Below, in pieces: positions 13,301 through 25,801 of a stretch of DNA of 64,000 nucleotides. A program made the translations under genes and the position numbers. The stretch is from positions 1 through 64,000 of the forward strand of contig MCFE01000385.1 in the NCBI GenBank assembly GCA_002104905.1. Reading direction: 5' to 3'. Below the pieces are notes generated by a model. The model worked only from the letters and a program-made list of their open reading frames with translations. It was not told where the DNA came from and ran no database searches. Every line of letters begins with the position of its first letter. Positions within the stretch are counted from its first letter, which is position 1. The DNA comes from Basidiobolus meristosporus CBS 931.73. Lineage: Eukaryota > Fungi > Basidiobolomycota.

Positions 13301-16300
13301 GATTAGATAAAGCCGTTTCCGACCACCAACAGACTAGAGAATCGTTGGTTGCGGCTGAGACTTCAATACAGCACTTAAACGCCAAGATAACCGAGCTCAA
13401 TAAGCAGTTGGAAGTTACCCAGGAGAAGTTGGCGCTGTATCAACGGAAGGGTGAGAACGGGGAAATGTCTCCAGAGGAAAAGTTGGAGCAAGAGATCACC
13501 AGGCTGAAAGCAGAGCTCAGTACTGCGAAGACTGAGTCGGATCAGCTTCGTGAGCATGTCGAACAGTACAAGGCTATCAGCAAATCGAATGAGGATGCAC
13601 TCAACGAGATCAATCAAACTTACGATCAGTACAAGGTGGCTACAGACAAGAAGGTCGAAGAAAACGAAAGGGAGCTTTCTAGTCTCAGAGAAACCATCGA
13701 ATCCTTGAACGAGGAGCTGCGCAAGACGGTGACCGAAATGACCGAAGTGCAGGACAAGATGGATTCAGAGCGTGCCAATTGGGAGACCGAGAAGAAGGTC
13801 TACGAAAGCAAACTGGTCCAATTGAATGAGATTGAAGAACAAGCCAGAATTGCCCAGGAGTCGTTCCAAGCCGATCTCAAACGCCAGTCCAAGATGACCG
13901 AAGAAGCTCAAGAGAAATATGAAAGAGAGTTGCTTATGCATGCCAATGACATCCAGTCGCTGAACAAATTGAAAGAGCAATATCAAAGATTGAATTCGGA
14001 AATTCAATCGTATCAAATCCAGACGGAGACTGCTGAAGCGAAACTCAAATCCTCGGAAGCCTCATGGGCCGGCCAGAAGGACATCTTGGAGAAATCTATC
14101 GGGGAATTAGAAAAGAGATGCCAGGACCTGGTTGCACAAAACAATATCCTGCACTCTCAATTCGAATCCGTAAGCGCCCAAGCGTTACGCATTCAAAAGG
14201 CAAGTAGTGAATCTGCGGTCGTTCCGGAAGGTGAGGCAGGATCAGCCTCTGATAAATCATTGGAGGAGCTACGCGAAGTCTTGCGCTTCCTCCGACGTGA
14301 GAAAGATATACTTCAGTGCCAGCACGAGTTAGCACTGCAAGAATCTAGAAGATTGAAGCAACAGTTGGATCATGCAAACCAATCTTTAGATGAGACTCGT
14401 GCGTTGCTAATAGAGGAGCGTCAACGCGAACAAGAGGCCATTCAATCTGCAACCCAACATGCTGAACTACTCGAGAAAATTAACCAACTTAATATTCTAC
14501 GAGAGAGCAATGTCACACTTCGAGAAGAAAACGAAAAGAACATCGCCAAACTTCAATCACTTGAGAAGACTCTTCAGGAAACCACCAGTAGAATCGACCC
14601 ATTGGAAGAGCAAATCCGCAACTACCAAGCTGACATTGAAGCTAAAGATTCTGAAATCAAGGCGCTGGAAGAAGACAACCAGCGCTGGAAGACGCGCACT
14701 AGTCAAATTCTTCAAAAATATGAGCGTATTGATCCCGTGGAGCATCAAACTCTTAAGGATGAGAGCGAAAGATTGAAGCTAGAATACACAGCGTTAGCCG
14801 AAGAGAAGAGCTCCCTTGCTACTGAGCTTCAAGAGTCCAAGGAGCAATCCTCCAAGTCCATCGAAAATCTGAACAAGCGTATCACAAAGCTGTCTGAGCA
14901 TTGCAATTTATGGAAGAAGCGATATGAGCATGTCAACACACAGAGCAAGGAGAAGCTTCAGCAACAAGCCAGCCAACTGGCTGAGCTCGCCGAGGCCCAG
15001 AAATCGCTAGAAGAATTGAAGGAGGTTAAGCAGCAGCTTGAGAAAGTACAACTTGAGAAAGAGAAACTTCAGGAGGAACGCGACTCAATGGCCAACCAAA
15101 TCTCATCATCTTCGGAATCGGAGAAGACCAAATTCGAGAATATGCGTAAGACCGCACTCGGCTATTACCACAAACTGAAGCAAATCGAAGGGGAGTTCAA
15201 AAAACTTACAGAAGAGAAGAAGTCTTTTGAGCAAGCCAAAACTACAGCAATCGAAGCAGCCGTCAAAGAAAAAACCCAAGAATTGGAGGCTGAGCACGTA
15301 AAGGCTCTGAAAGAAACTGAAATGAGATCGAAGATTAAATTATCGCTTGCGGAAGGTCAAGTGAAAAAGCTACAGGCCAAGCTTCAGGGCGAAGACACCA
15401 CTACCATTGGCAGCAACGTTCCCATACCAGCTCAGAGTGTTGAAACTCCCACATCATCCGAGTTAGCTCAAGATACTGATCATGCCAAACCCGGAGAGAC
15501 AATCCCTGCCGAGCCTGAGCCTTCGCTTGAAAAGCCAGTTGAAAATGAAAAGCCAGAAGTGACTGTCACACCAGAGCATGCGCCAACAGAGCCTGCTGTT
15601 GTGGACAGTACCACTCCTACAAGCACATCGCAACCTCTTGCTGATCCACCGTCAATTTCATCTCCAACCCTCGTTAACAAGAATACACCGGTGGTGACAC
15701 CTGTATCAACACCACCCACACAATCGCCTAGAGTCGCTGCAAGCAAGCCTTCTACACCCATTCAATCGCCGAATATTGGAGGTGCCGCCACTACTCCTAC
15801 ACAAAATCAGAAGGAAACTGAATTGCAAAGAAGGCAAGCGTTGCTAAAGGCGAAGCTACAAAAGCAGAAGCTGCAAAGAATGATGCAACAACAACAACAA
15901 CAGCAGAAACAGCAGCAACAATCAGCACACCAAAAGCTGACTACCTCTCAAAACGATGGACCCCCCGTCAAGCGAGCTAAATCATCATCACCCCAACTTC
16001 AGAAGCTAAGAGTAGATGCACCAATATTTACTCCCAATTTACAGGTGACAACGAAGGGCAAAGAGAAAGAAAACACCCCTTTGCCACCCTCACCTAAGCT
16101 TATAGAGTCGAAGCCTACCACACCCACCCCATCCGTCGGCAATGAGCCCCGTCAAGAAGTTGAGGAGATGGTTGAAGACGGCGAAGTTGCTGAAAGTGAA
16201 GCCAAGATTGTCGAGGCATCCACTATGGAACAGGTGACTATCGAAGTACCAGAGATGAAAGACATCCCTCCTATGATAAAAATCGAAGAATCGGGAGAAC

Positions 16301-16629
16301 TTGAAGCATCCAACGACTTGGAAAAAGATGTCCCTGTAAAGCAAGAGGTTCTGGACGTAGAGCCAACGCCTATTGTTGAAGAAGTTGTATCACAGGATGA
16401 GCAAGATTCTCCTGAAGACGCCGACCTGACTAAACAGGAGATCCAGCCTCAAATTGAAGTAGTCATCGAAACCGCCCCTCCCGAATCAGACATTGTCGAG
16501 AACGCACAAGAGGCGATCGGGGAAGCCGAGACAACAGATATGCCTGGCCTAGGGTTGAAACGGGTCCGTGAGAACATTGATACACCTGTGGATCAGAGTG
16601 AAAGCGAGGCGAAGAAAATCAAGAAGTAG
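10312..16629 (+). CDS. MLP1: Nuclear pore basket coiled-coil protein Mlp1/TPR, multi-exon
   Basis: ATG at 10312; several short 5' exons (first intron 10406-10480) join the 1633-aa final ORF. Contains LSPTAAIASRLQKSGKSFTEVYSDY and AQEKYERELLMHA (TPR/Mlp motifs), long coiled coils, a disordered P/S/T tail and a C-terminal KR...KKIKK NLS-like signal. Confidence 0.92.
15886..15921 (+). repeat. CAA/CAG trinucleotide repeat encoding Q7-K-Q4 in the MLP1 tail
   Basis: caacaacaacaacaacagcagaaacagcagcaacaa seen directly. Confidence 0.85.
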
Positions 16630-17467
16630 AAGTCTATAGTTTCTTTATCCTACTGAATCCTACACCTGCATATATAAATATTTTATTTTGGTCATAAATC
16701 ACGTGTTGTGTTGGGCAACTCAGCGGTTTTCCCGGTGGTAGCAAACGATACTGTATGTATAAAGAAAAGTGGCAAAAATGCACGAACTATTTGTACTTTT
16801 TCTTGGGACAGTCATTAGATTCCCCAAGGTGTGGACGATGCGATCTGACTGGGGAGTTGAAAATCCAAATAGAATACGTGATCCATTTGTGCATGCATAT
16901 AGTAAAGTCGTGCTGGATACGGTCCCTGCCGTTGAGTTGAACAGGAATTGCAAAGAGGTGCCTGATCTCCTTGCCTTCTTAGGAAAATATCAAAAGCCCT
17001 TCCGGTGGCTTAACCATCAGCTCTTTCACGCGTCGATCATGTTACTTTCCATTTGCTAGGCTGTCAATTCTTTCAATCCAGCGCTGTCAAGTTGTTCAGG
17101 TGTCTATCTCGAAATCCCTGCCTAACAGTGGTGAACATAACGAGCAGCAGTCGCATGTGCTTATACTCGAGCTTATGTGGCTATTCAAACCAATTTAACA
17201 ATGCTTCTTGTTTGGTGGGCCCTTAGGGCCGTGGAACATTCACTGACTGCTTTTAAGATATTTATCTGTCTCTGGTGTATATAGATACATGGCGAAATCA
17301 TTAGTCACGATCTAGGGCTGTGTTTGATATCCACTGTCAGACGAGACGAATTCGGAATATGATCAATGACTTCGAAGTGCTTGAGGAAATTATAGTAGTG
17401 AATCGTGTTTTGGCTGGTATAAGCGAGGTACGAGAAATCCGAATTGTAGCGTACAAGAGTTAGCCCA

Positions 17468-20400
17468 TCAAACACCCTGGACAACGAACTTTCCCTGTGG
17501 TCCAATGGTGCCCTCAACGGAGATTGGTGGTTCATAGAAGAACGAGACGACAAAGACAAGATAGCTCAGGCAAAGGATAGAGCCTTTGAAATAGTTACTC
17601 TTGCCTTCGGAGTATGTATAGGTAAGCAAGAAAACTGAGAAGAGAACAGTGATCACATCCCAACGTGGGAAGATCAAGGTGAAAGTGTTGTGAATTCCCT
17701 CGATAATCCCTTGACTATGCCATGCTGAAAAGGCCACCAAAGCGGGAATTTGCAGCAAGCTGACTTGTACAGCGTAGGCAGATCCGATTTCCAGACTTAG
17801 TGCGATGTTACCATACATGGCGAACGAGATGGCATTCATAAACTCCGTAACATTGGGCACAAGTGCAAACAGCGTGATTCCCAAGAACTTCTCCTCGATG
17901 CTCATTCCCTCGATAACTACATCCACCGAGTCCACCAAAAGCTCAGCGATGGCCGCAAAAAGGACAGTGGAGGATAACAAAACAATGGTGGATTTTTTGT
18001 TTCCCCATTCAGGGGCATCATGGCCTCCATGCCCTTCATCATCGTCATCCTCATCATAGGGATCTTCGGCGGTATTCTCGATATTCTCAAACACATGTGC
18101 TGGTAAGGGACTGCTATGAGGCACTTCATGCTCGCCATTCACGATGGCATTGGGGTTCGTGCCATTCGCTTCAGGATTGTCGAGGTTTTGCTCCAACGCG
18201 TGTACTACGGCATAATGATGCTGCGGAATTATTTGTTGAAGTAGCCGCTGATACAGAGATGCCCGATTCTTGCTTGCCTCCGTGTGCTGCGGTTGGTGAT
18301 ATATATGCTTGACATGGGTTTTCAGGGTAAACCAGAGGCCGATGAAATATGCTAGGGGCAAGATCGCAGCGCAAATGTACATCAATGGTTTAGCATTGTT
18401 AATGTAAAATGGGTCTCGAGTTGGGTGCACTTGGTTGTATGCGCATTGTTTGCATCCCCAACTACTCTCATTGCCCACATTTGTAGGGCAGTCTGAACAC
18501 TGAAGCTCAAAAGTCCCGTAGATTTGGTAGAAAAGAGTGGGTGTGAATACACCGATAAGCGACATAATAAGGAATGTTGTGGTCACGCCTAAATGTGGCA
18601 TTAGTAAGTTCACCAACATACATTTCAAAAGCACAACTTACTGGCACTTTTGGCATTGAACTTTTGGATCTTCTTCTTCAAGCCACCACTAAGCATACTT
18701 ACTCCAGGCATAAGCAGGAGGCCAGCAAGGAAACTCCCGATAATACTGCCCTCGACCAAAACCCCTTTGCCTTCAGCAATAGCCATTCCATACAAAATAA
18801 TCTCGACGATACTTCCGAAGGTGGCATTGATCACCGCGCCCATTCCGAGTGAACTTTGTGCACTAATAGACGAAACCGCCATGCCAATGAAATAGGCTAG
18901 GGGAAGCACCGAAAACAAGCACAGCGTGAAGATGACTCCTGGCTGTGCAATAGGTGATTCGTGGTTGGTCCAGGGGCCAATAACATGAGCATCAAATAAT
19001 ACGAAGAACACCAGGGGAAGCAAGTTAATGAACATAATGTTAATACCATCGTAGGTGTACTTGTAATATTGAAGGCCTATAGCTTTGTATGTACAGAGAA
19101 GAATCTGCGAGTTCGGAGTGCGCGGTCCGTAGAGCGCAGACCCGTCCTTGAAACGTAATCTCAACGGGGTTCTTCTTAGATGCTTCTTAATGACGTGTGT
19201 GAGCTTGGCCATTGGAACTGAAACCACAAAGAACCAACACAAAGCAGAGACAATAGTCAAAAGTGGAGCTGAATCGATAAATCATTAGCTAGTGATGGCT
19301 GAGGATACCGCCTGCTTGATAAACTTACCAATGACGAAAGTCAACCAGAAATAATATACAAAGCCAGCGAAAGACAATTGTGACCAGGGGGTGACCTTAA
19401 GCCTTGTTTTAGGGCGACCGAGGAGAGGATCCCGGTCGGCAGCTTCGTCGTCGGCCTCGGCTTGTGTGGTCGGAACACTCCCTGAATGTGGGCGGGTATA
19501 GACCCCACCACTCTCAACGGAGTCGGTCCATGCCAGATCAAGGAAATGGTTATCCAAATGCTCCCGAGGCACGCCAATGGGTGTGTCATCAATTCCCTCG
19601 ACGTATCTCCCGAATGGCCAGAATAGATACCATGATAGTCCACGGAGAACCCGAGCATAGTCGCTACCTCCATACGGGGTAAAGCTAAGGAGGATAGATG
19701 TCGCTAGACAAACCACAGCAAGCCACCAGCCAAATAGCACCGTCCACAGAATATTGCCTGGGTACAGATACAGCTCGCCGGTAGGTGAAGGAATTGAGTG
19801 CAACGCGAAATATGCACTTCGAGTAACACTTCGAGATTTTTTATAGAGTGCAGGTTTCCAGAGGGGCAGTCCAAAGGGATGGCTCGTGTTGATTGCCTGT
19901 GGGGGCGAACAAGTAAGTAGGATTACCAAATAACATCAGACAGGTCAAAGTACCTCTTGTCTATCTTTCAATGTCATTTCTCTGTCACCGTCATCATCAC
20001 TGTTATCTTCTTCCGAACCAGCCTCCTGGCGACCATCTACTTCATCATCCGATGATGTATACCGATACTTGACCTTGTGGCTATTTCTGTTGGAACTATG
20101 TCGACTATGCTGTCTAAGTTCCCCCCTATTACTACTGCTGCTGGAAGTGGAGGAATGGACCGAGTTACGTCTGGAGTTAGCTCTCGAACGATTCTTCCGG
20201 CGATGAAGGGAGCCTTTGGATTTTTGGTGACGTAGGGAGCCTCTAGTTGGAGTGGTTGGATTAGAACAGTACGAGGAGCGAGTTCCCGGGATATTGATCA
20301 GCGTGTTGGTAGCAATTGAAGGTGTCACAGCGGGGAGAGTCAAGCCAGGCTGGGATGAGGTAGCTTGCTCAGAGGAAGCGGCCTCATGAGAGTCGGTTTG

Positions 20401-20490
20401 AGCATGAAGGTTTCCCAGTGGCTGAGGCTGAGCGGCGGACGGATCATCTTGCTGCTCGGGGACAGGATTGCCATCACTGTTCGAGTTCAT
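17468..20490 (-). CDS. VNX1: Vacuolar/ER cation/H+ exchanger of the CaCA family, Vnx1 type, multi-exon
   Basis: ATG at 20490; first intron 19953-19897 splices TLKDRQE|AINTSHPFGLPLWKPALYKKSRSV (Vnx1-type N-terminus). Alpha-repeat motifs NATFGSIVE, GSIIGSFLAGLLLMPG, NVTEFMNAISFA and GNIALSLEIGSAYAVQV are present. Stop at 17468. Confidence 0.92.
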
Positions 20491-22873
20491 CAAAGATCAA
20501 AGGGGACAAATTGAAGAGGGCTTAACTACAGATGAGGTGCGAAGGTGAAATTCAGGAAACTGTTGTATACTCGAATCTGGCCACCAACGGACATGAAGGG
20601 GTAAGTTGCGTATTTAAAGGAGAGATGGGAATTAATGATACATAATTGGGCTCACCTGACGCATTAGAGTAGTGGAAATATAAGGGATTTGGACGTACGT
20701 AGCACAGTTGATTCAAACAATACTTCTTTAATGTATATACAAATATATAACGACAGCCTTGGCTTTGATCTTTGGGTCGTTGAATTCAAGACAATTATAA
20801 ACCACCTGAATCCTAATAGCTCTTTAATCTGAAATGGATGTTTCAGGAAAACGGTATCTGTGAAATCTACGGGGTATTCAGCCTCAAATGATGCATACTA
20901 TTACCAATTTCGTAAAACCAAGGAGGGCATCATTTGAGCGGACAGGAAAACGGAGCTTGAACTATAAGTATTGAATAGAAGTGTAGGCCAAACCGAGCTC
21001 GATGCCGGGTTGATTGAAGAGCTCCGTTCAATGCCGCTTCTTGTGTGACACCCTCTATGTCATCTGCCAGACAAATAAGTTGATCTCCACCAGAAGTACC
21101 GTGCCAGGAATCTAGTTCGTCCTACATTATATTTATTGCATACCCAGTTATGGATTTTGTTATCTTGATAACCACGAGTAGAATGGAGGCTGGCAGTGTG
21201 CCTAGTATTTGGCCATCATATACTTCGCCGTCCTCGAATAGCCTTGATGTTTGGGCCATTCTACTGAATGCTGCCTTGGCTTGGTTGAGCCACAAGCAGG
21301 TGTTGAGGTGATTTGGAGCATCAATGGCACGGCAGCATACTATCGTGCAGAATATTCGGAATTTCCACTACACTGGTTTATGATCACCCTTACTACATGC
21401 ACCAAGACAAAGGAGTGCGAATCCTTGAAATAGCACATACCCTATGTGCTTCTTCTGAGTTGCATTCTGTGATAAGCGATGTGGATTTCAATTTGCTTTT
21501 GCTACATCGGTGGCTACTGGGGATACAGCATTGGGTGTCGAGATGACACACTACCTTCGAGCCAATATGAAGTACGGGCACCAGAGCAGCCGGCATATAT
21601 GAGATGTGTCGAATGCACCAAGAAATCGAGAATACATTGCTGTCGACTCATTGGACCGCTCACGTAGATGCATATATTCCCATCCATTTAATCGTCGAAT
21701 CTCATTAAATATGTATTTACACCAGAGCTGAAAAAGGAGATGGAATCATCCTCGGGATCAGGAAACGACCGATGCAAAGATGATATCATTTACTCCGCCT
21801 CACTCCAGAAAATCTGGGACATCCTGTGCTATCATCAAATGAGCCACGAACCGACTGAAGTCACAACGTCACTTGTAGTGTGTCGTGAGCTTTATGATAT
21901 TGAATTCATATGATCTGACGCCAGCGATTATGTGCTAGATCCCGGGACACATCCCTCCAACATGAAATGCCAAACCCCTCACATTAGACTCTCCAAAAGG
22001 CACCGTGGATGGAGAGGCAATCCCAGAAACTCTTGGTTGTTTCTGCATCGGGGGTGGGCTCCTCTGCAAGGCTTCAGTGTGACAGTGAAGTTTCCAGAAT
22101 TCCTCAACCCGATTTAACCGGTGTCATGTTATATGAAAAATCCCTTGGTTTTTCGTAACGCAAATTCAGGTGTTTCTTGCCTCATTATTTATGGATATGT
22201 CTCATTCATGTACTAATCGGTGCATCATTGCTATGTTCATCTACAGGCGAGCCACTCAACTATCCGCTTACTTGATGAATCGGTGTGAAAGCCAAGGACC
22301 ATTAGATGAGGAACCCAACTATGCACCAACTCCACCGAACGTCAAGGTGCTCTGTGGATGGTTATATTGATTGTTGGCGTGAGCTAAGATACTGATTCAG
22401 TAAAGGGGAAAACCTGACAATGTTTCATTTTTATCACTTTTGGGTGTTGAGTACTTCAGACTTCAGGACAGGTGATACAGAAACCACCTATCTCTAAGCT
22501 CAATATCCGCTGGCACGTCCCAGATTAGAGTCCTTTCCACAGTCGCTTTAATGAGTACTCCGCACGATCACGAGGTGATGTCAAACCTCATCTAACCTAA
22601 TCTCTACTCATTGAGTTTACTTGTGTTTTAATTCCAGTGAAGACCGGCACTCATTTGACTCGGAGGAGGGGATTTTTCCGAGGGTAAATAGTTGTCTACG
22701 TTTACCAACTCCTCTGGCGGTATATTTGGAGGCTGAATTAACAGTTTGCGATGATTGGGTAATTAATAACGGTTGATATCAGTGTTTATTAAATAGTGTG
22801 ATGAATGATAAATATCAACCCAGGTTACTATATGGTAATGGGGATTCTAGGACTCTTACTCTGTATGGCTCAT

Positions 22874-24947
22874 TTAAAATGCAACTGCCAAAGCTAAGAG
22901 CGAAAATATAGCGTACATGATGTTCAGCATATCTGCAGCTCCGTTGCCACCACTTTTGGAGACGGCTTTTAGAGAATAGAATGGTAAACAGCTGACTCTG
23001 AAAAACAAGCGACATCCGGGTTACTTACCACTGCAATCAGCTCGGCATATCTTTGCCAACGCGGAAGGCGGAACGTTCTCCTGGCAGGTGAATTTGTTGG
23101 AGAGGGCTATGCAGTTGGTACGATTCAAACTTGCTGGCAAATTTGGGAACAATCCATTTAGATGATTGCGTTGAATATGACTGTGGTTGACAATAGCTTA
23201 GTGAGAGTGTCAGATGGAGCCAAACCCCTCAAATGCTTACAGCGAAGTCAGTGCTTTCAGATTTTGAAGATCCGGCACTTGGCCCACGAGTTGATTATCC
23301 GACAGGATACTAAATGGTGCTGTTAGATATTGACCAACAGAATGCAAAGTCGAATAGACTCACAGTTTTTCCAGGTTGACGAGGTTGCCTATGCTCTTGG
23401 GTATCACACCAATCAATTTGTTGTGAGAAAGATCCCTATTCAACAGCATTAGCATTATGTTTTAGGCTGGGCAAAAGGTTTAACCTACAGTGTATGGAGA
23501 TTCGTCAGCGTAGTGTAGGAGGTGGGGATTTCACTTTGGATTTTGTTATTCTTGAGCTTGCTGAAATTGAACGGTAAGATCAGGTTCATAGTCATAGGTG
23601 CAGATTTCCTACTTACAGAGTGCGAAGGTTGGTACATTTAGAGAGCCCTTCAGGCAATGATCCAGTCAAGTGATTTTGGCTCAGGTATAGCCCTTCAAGG
23701 TTGGAAAGATTACCGATATCGTTCGGAAGAGTTCCCGTAATGTTGTTTCCGTCAAGTGATCTAATATCACGTTGAGTCAATGACCATGCGATGGTCTACA
23801 TGGATGGAATGAGAAGCATACAAAACTTGTAGGGCGTTCATCTGATAAATAAAGGCTGGCAGCTCCCCAAGAGAATTGTTTGCCAAATATCTAATACCAA
23901 GAGATTAGCTCGTCTTGCAACAAACGATTCCATAGATGGAGAACCTACAGGCCCTTCAAATTGGTGAGTTGGCTCATGGTATTGGGCAAAACGTTGATTT
24001 TGTTTGCATTCAAGTGTCTGTGAGAAAATAGCTAATTGGTTAGGCTGCTTCTTTAACCTCGAATATGCCATATACATACAGGCTTTGGAGGTTGACTAGA
24101 TTTCCGATAGACTCAGGAATCGATGTTATTCCAGTATTTGCAACGTTGCTGGCTAGTGGTTAGAAAGCCTCAAAGGCTGAGAAAGACATCAATCCAAACT
24201 TACATCGATATTAATGTTGTAACTTCGGTAATCTCGGAGAGAATATTACTTAATGTGTTGTTGCTAACGTCTCTACAAAAAGACAACAGAGTCAGTGATA
24301 TTCTAATACGTCTGAACGATACGACTTACATGGTGAGCAGTCCATTAAGCTGAGATACCTCGGCTGGTAGTTTTCCCGAAAGATTGTTTTGCGCTAAATC
24401 TCTGTAATGGCTGTAAGTTGATATGTGCGCTCCACATTCAAATAACAATTACTCCGTACAATGACTTGATGCGACCGCCCTTATTACACTGGACACCTTG
24501 CCAACTACAGCATGATGCCAGATCCTCGCTGGTCCATCCATTCTTCTGAACCCAGTTGTTTCCGCTGAGAGCAGTAAATACAGACTTGAGCACACGACAG
24601 TTGCCTTTGAGGTTCTCGTACTGGGCGTCAGACAAAACAACGTCAGACGGAAGCCCAGGGATGTTTGGGTGGCCAGTAGGACCAGGTTTCTCTGAGGTAT
24701 CAGTCTCGGGGTCAACAACAGTTACATCTATAGGACCATCATCCGTGGGACTTCCATCGTCTTTATCATCTCCATCATCGGTGGGATCAGGCCCTGAATC
24801 CCAATTCGTGGATTCATTCTCGTATTGGGTAGGGGTGGGGCTAACTCCGCTTCCATCTTCGGGTTCGCTACCATCACTCTCTTGTGCAAGCACAAAGGAC
24901 AACAACGCTAAAGAAAAGATCACTATGTAAAGACTACGAAATCTCAT
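22874..24947 (-). CDS. Secreted, probably GPI-anchored, plant-type extracellular LRR protein (about 11 LRRs, about 12 exons)
   Basis: Signal peptide MRFRSLYIVIFSLALLSFVLA; acidic Pro/Thr linker; LRR N-cap W...CCSWQGVQC; LRR exons such as DLAQNNLSGKLPAEV, SLDGNNITGTLPNDIGNLSNLEGLYLSQNHLTGSLP, DLSHNKLIGVIPKSIGNLVNLEKL; Cys-rich C-cap; last exon SKSGGNGAADMLNIMYAIFSLLALAVAF* (omega site plus hydrophobic tail). Most exons are absent from the ORF track. Confidence 0.88.
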
Positions 24948-25801
24948 GATACATAAACTCCGAGGATCAGTAGACTTGGCGAAACTTATATGAAAAACGG
25001 GCACGTTTAAAAATAGCTTTCATGCCCCATAATTGCAGCACGACGCCATGCTGGTGGTACAAGGTTTGCCGTGTGTACTGATAAAAAGAAGGCCAATATT
25101 TGTAGGATAGCGGCGTGGTTGGCTAAGAAAATCGGTGTTTTCCATACATTATTCCACACCTCAAGCAGCAGTCCATGAGTGCGCAAGCTAATGAGCCGCA
25201 ACTTATTCTGGACATCATTTGCCATATTCGTCGAAGTCTATTTAGCTAAAGCCCTCATCACCACCAATCAGTAGATGGCTCGATTTAGCAAGAACTGAAT
25301 ATGTGAATAGGCGGATGAAAACTAGATCGACGCATGTTGATACCACATAACCGTGTACTGAGCTAGATTCCTCCGCCACCTTCAAGCAATGGGAAGGTGA
25401 TGTCACATCGATGATTTGCTCAAAGTTACTCATCTGGAAGCATAGTTGATTTAGATTTGCAAATCAGGTATAAAGAGTCTGCTTTTGGTAATCATGGTCG
25501 TGTTGTGTTATATGGACATAGTGATGGGTGATTCCCTTTTAAAGGCGCCACTAGTAATTAGGTAACAGCATGATGCAAACCAGCCAATATTGAACACCAT
25601 GTTAAAGCCTAGAGATCACAGACTCTAGATGCTGTAAGACGTCATATTAGGCTTGACAAGCGTAGTGCCATTGTGACTTCACCCTGAATAGGGCTGTAGC
25701 ATTGTTCATATTGTCCAGAAATTAATTCTTTACGTATATTAGATCATTAGAATATCGTTTAGATGGGTAGGAAATGAGAAAGCATAGCGGGAGAGGGGGA
25801 C

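Noticed and set aside
16769-17059. 96-aa ORF between MLP1 and VNX1
   Set aside because: No motif or codon bias; lies in a 3'-UTR/terminator gap.
20500-22800. Several 60-80 aa ORFs and a longer ATG-less minus-strand frame near 21050-21350
   Set aside because: No recognisable domain or splice chain.
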